32,000 nt of DNA from Candidatus Scalindua japonica (GTDB lineage: Bacteria; Planctomycetota; Brocadiia; Brocadiales; Scalinduaceae): contig NZ_BAOS01000034.1 of NCBI RefSeq assembly GCF_002443295.1, positions 56,642 to 88,641 on the forward strand. The letters run 5' to 3'. Shown here one piece after another: positions 26,962 through 32,000 of the stretch. How positions within the stretch are numbered: position 1 is the first letter of the stretch; every line of letters begins with the position of its first letter. Position numbers and translations under genes: made by a program. A model generated the notes under the pieces. The model searched no databases, was not told where the DNA came from, and saw only the letters and a list, made by a program, of their open reading frames with translations.

Positions 26962-28191
26962 ATGAACAGCAAACCCGTTAATAATCATCCTCGAGTTGGC
27001 ATCATTGGTGGAGGATTTGGGGGATTAACAGCAGCTTTACACTTGAATGCATCAAAATTTCACGTCACGTTATTTGATCACAAGAAGAAATTTGACTGGT
27101 TACCCAATATACACGAATTGGTCTCAGGCATAAAGCAGGAAAAAAACCTGCAGTTCTCCCTGGAAAGCAGGTTGTCCCAACGGGGACATAATTTTTGCAA
27201 TGAATCAGTTACTTTTATAGATCCCGAGCGAAAAAAAGTAGTAACTGCTCAGGCAAAAACCTACCAGTTTGATTTTCTCATAGTTTCTGTTGGCGGTGTT
27301 AATAATACTTTTGGAGTGAAGGGTGCAGATAAATACACGCTTCCTTTCAAGTCTGTTGACGATTGTGCCCGGATAAGAGATCGATTAAGAGAGGTGGCAG
27401 ACAACACTGAATACCCGAAAATCGGTATCATTGGTGGTGGTTTGGAAGGGGTAGAAGTACTGGGAGAGATACTGCGTAATTATAAAACCAGTCAAAATAC
27501 CTCATTAACCCTGGTGGCTAACAGCCATCGCTTATTGGTTATTGCTCCGGAAGTTGTTGCAAATCGGCTTCAACATTACTGCAACATATACGGTGTTGAT
27601 TTGCTTCTGGAACGTAATGTCACTGAAGTCTCTCCTGGTAAAGTTGTGTTGGATAATAAGAAAATTTTAGACCTGGATATAATAATCTGGACAGGCGGAG
27701 GGATCGCACCTCCCTTGCTCTACGAATCTGGTCTGGCTGAAGATGAAAAGAGCTGGATCAGAGTTAATGAAAACCTGGAAAGTAGAGAGTTCGAAAATGT
27801 TTTTGTCGTTGGAGATGCGGCAATGCTACCTGAGCCTGTTGACAAACAGGCTTACCATGCATTGGATATGGGAAAACTGGCCGCTGAAAACATTATAAGA
27901 GTGACAAACGACCTGATAATGCATCCATTTAACCCGACGATAAAACCTTTTCTGCTTACTTTTGGTGACATAGATACCTTTATGATCTTTAATGAAAAAG
28001 TGATCAGTGGCCCTTCATTGAGTATTGCTAAAGAAATGGTTTATCAAATGATAATCAGGCAGCTGGAAGGGTCAGGGAGCTTACATGCTGCAGAAGATAC
28101 ACTCAAAAGATTGCCCTCTCTTGCAAAAATCATAACCAGAAACCGGATTATGCGCAGGATGTTATTCTCTTTGTTCAGCAAGATACATTAA
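26962..28191 (+). CDS. NDH-2-like FAD-dependent pyridine nucleotide-disulfide oxidoreductase
   Basis: RVGIIGGGFGGLTAA and IGIIGGGLEGVE dinucleotide-binding motifs, plus VFVVGDAA. Confidence 0.8.
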   Translation: MNSKPVNNHPRVGIIGGGFGGLTAALHLNASKFHVTLFDHKKKFDWLPNIHELVSGIKQEKNLQFSLESRLSQRGHNFCNESVTFIDPERKKVVTAQAKTYQFDFLIVSVGGVNNTFGVKGADKYTLPFKSVDDCARIRDRLREVADNTEYPKIGIIGGGLEGVEVLGEILRNYKTSQNTSLTLVANSHRLLVIAPEVVANRLQHYCNIYGVDLLLERNVTEVSPGKVVLDNKKILDLDIIIWTGGGIAPPLLYESGLAEDEKSWIRVNENLESREFENVFVVGDAAMLPEPVDKQAYHALDMGKLAAENIIRVTNDLIMHPFNPTIKPFLLTFGDIDTFMIFNEKVISGPSLSIAKEMVYQMIIRQLEGSGSLHAAEDTLKRLPSLAKIITRNRIMRRMLFSLFSKIH

Positions 28192-28208
28192 CATTCTGAA
28201 ATTCTATT

Positions 28209-30557
28209 TTAAAACGGTCGGAAAAAATGGGTTAAAATCCAGAGGACCAGAAGGTAAGTACCAATAAGTGATTGGAGTCCGGCAAAGATCCTTATATTGC
28301 CGGTTGCAGTTAATGTATACTCATGGGGTTGAATCCTTGTTATCCAGTTTGTAAAGTTCAGATTAAGATAACCAATGTGAAAGGTTGACAAAAAACTGAA
28401 GTAGAGTGCGTATCCTGCTGTCATTATAAAAAACTTCAAGTCTTTTTGGATTTGATGTTCCGGTAGAATATCGAAAATAAGTCTTTCGGGCGTATCTTTT
28501 TCTTTTTCATCTTTAATGCTGTTGTGCTTCCAGATTCTGTAAATGCCACTTTTTCCATATACAAACATTGGATATATATAGACACCGGAAAAAAAAATAA
28601 TCAATGCCAACAGGATTAATAGAGGGCGAAGGTAATGCAATCCGTATCCTGATGTCCATTCAAAGAGAAAACGTTTTGCCCATTTTTTGTGCCATGATAG
28701 ATTTTTCGTCTTTAGATACTCTATAGCGTAAATGGTTTCTCGCTCTAAATGACGCAAACCCGCATCTTTCAGAGCAGTCTTTAACATCAACAGACCACTC
28801 ATTTTGCCCTCCTCAAACCATACAGTACTCAATCCTTTAATTCCCCCGAGAAAATCCCTGTGCGGAGAAGAGGTTGGTTCATACTGGGAGTGCTCCAGAT
28901 TAACTCCGGAAATAATTGCATCCTTCATATCTGCGTCGGTCAATTTCGTCTTACTCAGATTGCCATTTCTCAGGTCGGCTGCACTCAGATTTGCTTCTGT
29001 CAGGTCTGATTCGCTCAGATCTACCCCACTCATATCGATCTTGCTCAGGTCTATGAATCTCAGGTCTGCATCACTCAGGTCTGTATTACTTAGTTCCATC
29101 CCTTCCTTACCGTTATTGAGAATTTTCCAAACCAACCTCCATTTATCTGAGACCTTTGTTGTTTCATCAATCTCTGCATTCCTGAGGTTTGCATGATTAA
29201 GACCTGTTTTCTTCATATTGGCCCCGCTCAAGTTGGCATTTCTCAGATCAGCCTTATTCAAGTCAACTCTACTTAGATTAGCATCAGACAGGTTAGCATC
29301 AATAAGAATGGCTCTGTTCATGGCGCTTCTTTTCAGGTTTGCATTACTCAGGTTTGCTTCACTCAGATTAACCCTAATTAGATCAGCTTTCATCAGATAA
29401 GCATCACTCAAATCAGCCCCACGCAGGTCAGCTTCTCTCAGATTGGTATTTCTCAGATCTGCTTCTTTCATATCTGCCTCGATGAGGATGGCTCCGCTCA
29501 GATTGGCCTTACTCAGGTTAGTATAATGGAAGATTGCCTCGCTCAGATCAGCTTTGTGTAGATTTACTTCATTCATGTCAGCTTCTGTCAGGTCGGCACC
29601 ACTTAAATTCACTCCGGTCAGATCAACCTTACTCAAGTCAATATTTCTGAGGTTCGCTTCACTCAGATCACTGTTTCTCAAGTCTTTGCCTTTCACACCC
29701 TTATTAACAATCCTCCAGACCAGTCTGCATTTATCTGAAATCGTTGTAGTGTTATCAATCTTTGTATTTCTCAGGTTTGTTCTGCTCATAATGGCTTCAC
29801 TGAGGTCTGCTTCGGCCAGATCAACATCACTCAGGTCAGCTTCACTGAGATCCGCCTCGCTAAGTTTGGCTCCTCTCAGGATTGTCCCTTGCAAGTTGGC
29901 ATTACTCAGGTCAGCTTCTATTAGCCTCACCCTTTCTAACTTAGCGCCTCTCAGGTCAGCTTCACTAAGGATGGCCTCAAAGAGTTTGGCATCACTTAAA
30001 TCAGCGTCTTTCAGGTCTGCTCTGCTTAAGTCAGCTTCTAAGAGCTTTGCTCTGCACAGGTTGGCCTCTTTCAAATCCGCATCGCTCAAGTCTGCAACAA
30101 AAAGGTTCGCCTGGCTCAGATTGGTTTTCCATAATTTTGCCTCATTCAGTTTGACTACTCTCATGTCAGCTTCACTCAAGTCTGCATTACTCAGATCAGC
30201 CCCGCTTAGATTGGCCTTAATCATGTGAGCCTTTCTCAGTTTTGTTCCGGTCAGGTTTGCACCGGTTAAATCTGCTTCTTTCAGCATGGCCTGTCTCAGG
30301 TTGACTCCGCTCAAATCAACCTCAATCAGTTTTGCTCCTTTAAAGTCTGCTCGTTTACCTTTTTTGCCTGATGTATATAACCACCTTTTGTGTTCATCTA
30401 CAATTTCTGAAAGCTCTTCCTTTGAAATTATTGTTCCATCGGCAAGCACACCTGTCCAAATCTTGTTCCTCTGCTCTTCCTGTCCGTTAGAAGGTATAGC
30501 GTGAAACAGTAAGATTCCGGAAACTACCAGAAAAAAGATACAAGAAAAATACTTCAT
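28209..30557 (-). CDS. Exported pentapeptide-repeat protein with a C-terminal membrane domain (782 aa)
   Basis: Signal peptide, then three long blocks of A(D/N)LSx pentapeptide repeats separated by a conserved linker (SDK[CW]RLVW[RK]I[VL]N). C-terminal TM helices contain YFSFLSTFHIGYLN. Confidence 0.9.
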   Translation of the reverse strand: MKYFSCIFFLVVSGILLFHAIPSNGQEEQRNKIWTGVLADGTIISKEELSEIVDEHKRWLYTSGKKGKRADFKGAKLIEVDLSGVNLRQAMLKEADLTGANLTGTKLRKAHMIKANLSGADLSNADLSEADMRVVKLNEAKLWKTNLSQANLFVADLSDADLKEANLCRAKLLEADLSRADLKDADLSDAKLFEAILSEADLRGAKLERVRLIEADLSNANLQGTILRGAKLSEADLSEADLSDVDLAEADLSEAIMSRTNLRNTKIDNTTTISDKCRLVWRIVNKGVKGKDLRNSDLSEANLRNIDLSKVDLTGVNLSGADLTEADMNEVNLHKADLSEAIFHYTNLSKANLSGAILIEADMKEADLRNTNLREADLRGADLSDAYLMKADLIRVNLSEANLSNANLKRSAMNRAILIDANLSDANLSRVDLNKADLRNANLSGANMKKTGLNHANLRNAEIDETTKVSDKWRLVWKILNNGKEGMELSNTDLSDADLRFIDLSKIDMSGVDLSESDLTEANLSAADLRNGNLSKTKLTDADMKDAIISGVNLEHSQYEPTSSPHRDFLGGIKGLSTVWFEEGKMSGLLMLKTALKDAGLRHLERETIYAIEYLKTKNLSWHKKWAKRFLFEWTSGYGLHYLRPLLILLALIIFFSGVYIYPMFVYGKSGIYRIWKHNSIKDEKEKDTPERLIFDILPEHQIQKDLKFFIMTAGYALYFSFLSTFHIGYLNLNFTNWITRIQPHEYTLTATGNIRIFAGLQSLIGTYLLVLWILTHFFRPF

Positions 30558-30722
30558 TTATGATTCCGATCTTGAAAAGTAAATTCTGTCAGGTAGGTAG
30601 AGAATTGTACATGATATCTTGATCCTTCTTATACTACCGCAGGGGTTAAATCAGGAAAAAAGTAATAATTAATATTACACAAAAAATGATAAAAAAACTG
30701 AATTAAACGATAGTGTTAAAGG

Positions 30723-31226
30723 CTACTTCTTCAATCTCTTTTCTTTCATTTCTGATTTTTTTCCTTCGAATAATTGAGGATAGATATGTATGTCCAGATG
30801 TTTATGGCATAAAGAGCATGTCTGTTGTAATTTTCTTACGTACCATTGGGCGTCTTCAACAGCTCCCTCTTTTTTGTTATTTTTTGCCACCTTAACGAGT
30901 GACTTTGCAGAATCCTGCATCTTTTTCATCAACTGTTCATATTTTCGGTCTTCAGGTCTTGCATAGTCCCTTCTTAAAATTTTTGCTACATCTAAAATAT
31001 TTTCTCCAGACTTTTTGATAAGCTTCCAGTGCTTTTTTTTGTAACTGGTATATCCTGACAATGCCTGAAGTGCTTTATAATCCTGATCTACTTTCTCTAA
31101 TAGTTTTGCAAGTTCACTTTTTTCCTTTTTCTGTTCAGGAGGAGCAGTATCAGCATCTTCAGCTTTGACTTGAACGCTAAAACAGATAACTGAAAAGACT
31201 ATCAGGGTAACTAATATTTTATACAT
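30723..31226 (-). CDS. Class II c-type cytochrome (cytochrome c'/c-556-like)
   Basis: Signal peptide MYKILVTLIVFSVICFSVQVKA, a helical body, and a single CSLCH haem-binding motif near the C-terminus. Confidence 0.6.
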   Translation of the reverse strand: MYKILVTLIVFSVICFSVQVKAEDADTAPPEQKKEKSELAKLLEKVDQDYKALQALSGYTSYKKKHWKLIKKSGENILDVAKILRRDYARPEDRKYEQLMKKMQDSAKSLVKVAKNNKKEGAVEDAQWYVRKLQQTCSLCHKHLDIHIYPQLFEGKKSEMKEKRLKK

Positions 31227-31385
31227 AAATTCCCGCCTTTCTTAAAAAAATTACTTATTATAACCTAAGTTGAGCGATTTGTATTTGCTAAAAAGACTTA
31301 AAACCCACTTAAAAGGCAATAGTAATTTGTTATAATACATTTTCAAGAAAACAAAATCCATCACCCATTAAGTGAGGAGAGTATT

Positions 31386-32000
31386 ATGAAGAAAAATGTA
31401 TTTAAAAGCAAGTGCAAGATTAACAAAATCGGAGTAACAAATGACACATTAACCGGCAGAGGAGGCATGTCTTTATTTGTTAAATATTTAAGTAGTGTAG
31501 AAATATACCCGTTATTAGAAGAGTTTTTTGGAGATATCAGAAAAAGCGGCAAAGGTCTTCCGGTGTGGAATATATTCAAACAGATATTTTGTTGGTTTTA
31601 TGATGGGACGAGTCGCCACCTAAATTCATTTGATCAATTAAGAGCAGATGAGGGCTATGCATCAGTAATAGAGAATTCTCAGACAGAGATGGTGTCGTCA
31701 CATCAGATAAAACGGTTTTATAAATCGTTTTCATGGGTATGTGGAGGCCCATTTCGGAAGATATTACGAAAGATGTTTATTTGGAGGTTAAGGCGAGAAA
31801 ACCCTGAGGTCATAGACTTAACATTAGATACAATGGTAATGGACAACGATGAAGCACAGAAGCGCTATGGAGTACAGCCCACCTATAAGAAAGTAAAAGG
31901 TTTCCAGCCTTTACAAGCAATTTGGAATGGTAAGATAGTGGATGCGGTCTTCCGAGGTGGAAAGAAACACAGCAACTGTGGTAATACCGTGGTGAATATG
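31386..32000 (+). CDS. IS1380-family transposase, N-terminal 205 codons (runs off the window)
   Basis: A GGAG RBS precedes the start. TNDTLTGRGGMSLFVKYL and IDLTLDTMVMDNDEAQKRYGVQPTYKKVKGFQPLQAIWNGKIVDAVFRGG parallel ISEcp1-type transposases (LTSNAGL...IDIDSSVINVEGHQEG...YNPKK). The frame is open to base 32000. Confidence 0.8.
   Translation, partial: MKKNVFKSKCKINKIGVTNDTLTGRGGMSLFVKYLSSVEIYPLLEEFFGDIRKSGKGLPVWNIFKQIFCWFYDGTSRHLNSFDQLRADEGYASVIENSQTEMVSSHQIKRFYKSFSWVCGGPFRKILRKMFIWRLRRENPEVIDLTLDTMVMDNDEAQKRYGVQPTYKKVKGFQPLQAIWNGKIVDAVFRGGKKHSNCGNTVVNM

Noticed and set aside
28804-30504. Four long plus-strand ORFs (130, 60, 224 and 72 aa), rich in Leu, Ser, Ala and Arg, together with a striking 15-nt periodicity that could be mistaken for a repeat array or CRISPR
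   Set aside because: They are the antisense of the pentapeptide-repeat gene. The periodicity is the coding repeat A(D/N)LSx. There are no unique spacers and no conserved direct repeat unit.

Overview
This is an AT-rich bacterial chromosomal window that uses the standard genetic code: TGA ends intact core genes such as hflK and the FGE-like gene. All calls come from reading the sequence and ORF translations by eye. No searches or statistics were run, the compositional remarks are visual, and the source taxon cannot be determined.

Layout:
(a) 1-9.8 kb is an accessory and mobile-element graveyard.
- A Hanks-type Ser/Thr kinase is translationally coupled to a TPR-like helical-repeat gene. That second gene is cleanly split by a single-ORF IS66-family element with about 20-bp IRs and a perfect 8-bp target duplication (AAAGATAT).
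- A truncated filamentous-phage (inovirus) morphogenesis module follows on the minus strand: pIII-like, pVI-like, signal-peptide ORF plus secretin, and Zot/pI. It carries an in-frame TGA at the Walker A glycine and a frame break at an A_AAA_AAC heptamer.
- Next is a decayed DGR-type reverse transcriptase (IGxxxSQ, YCDD) with a MutS-domain-I-like tail.
(b) 9.8-17.5 kb is core-like: cold-shock protein, secreted FGE/SUMF1-fold protein, ACP, zinc ribbon, GT4, GH15, hflK and a broken hflC.
(c) 17.6-21.3 kb is a second fragment graveyard: hemerythrin and GGDEF pieces, a ZIP transporter stub, a HicB-like remnant and an orphan terminator.
(d) 21.6-32 kb holds GT32, a YfcH-like SDR, flavohemoglobin hmp behind a ChaN-PDZ lipoprotein, an NDH-2-like oxidoreductase, a 782-aa exported modular pentapeptide-repeat membrane protein, a class II c-type cytochrome, and an IS1380-family transposase running off the edge.

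The best candidates for something new are the kinase/TPR-like pair, the inovirus remnant with its recoding-like lesions, and the RT-MutS-like remnant. All three are damaged here, so intact homologues elsewhere would be needed.
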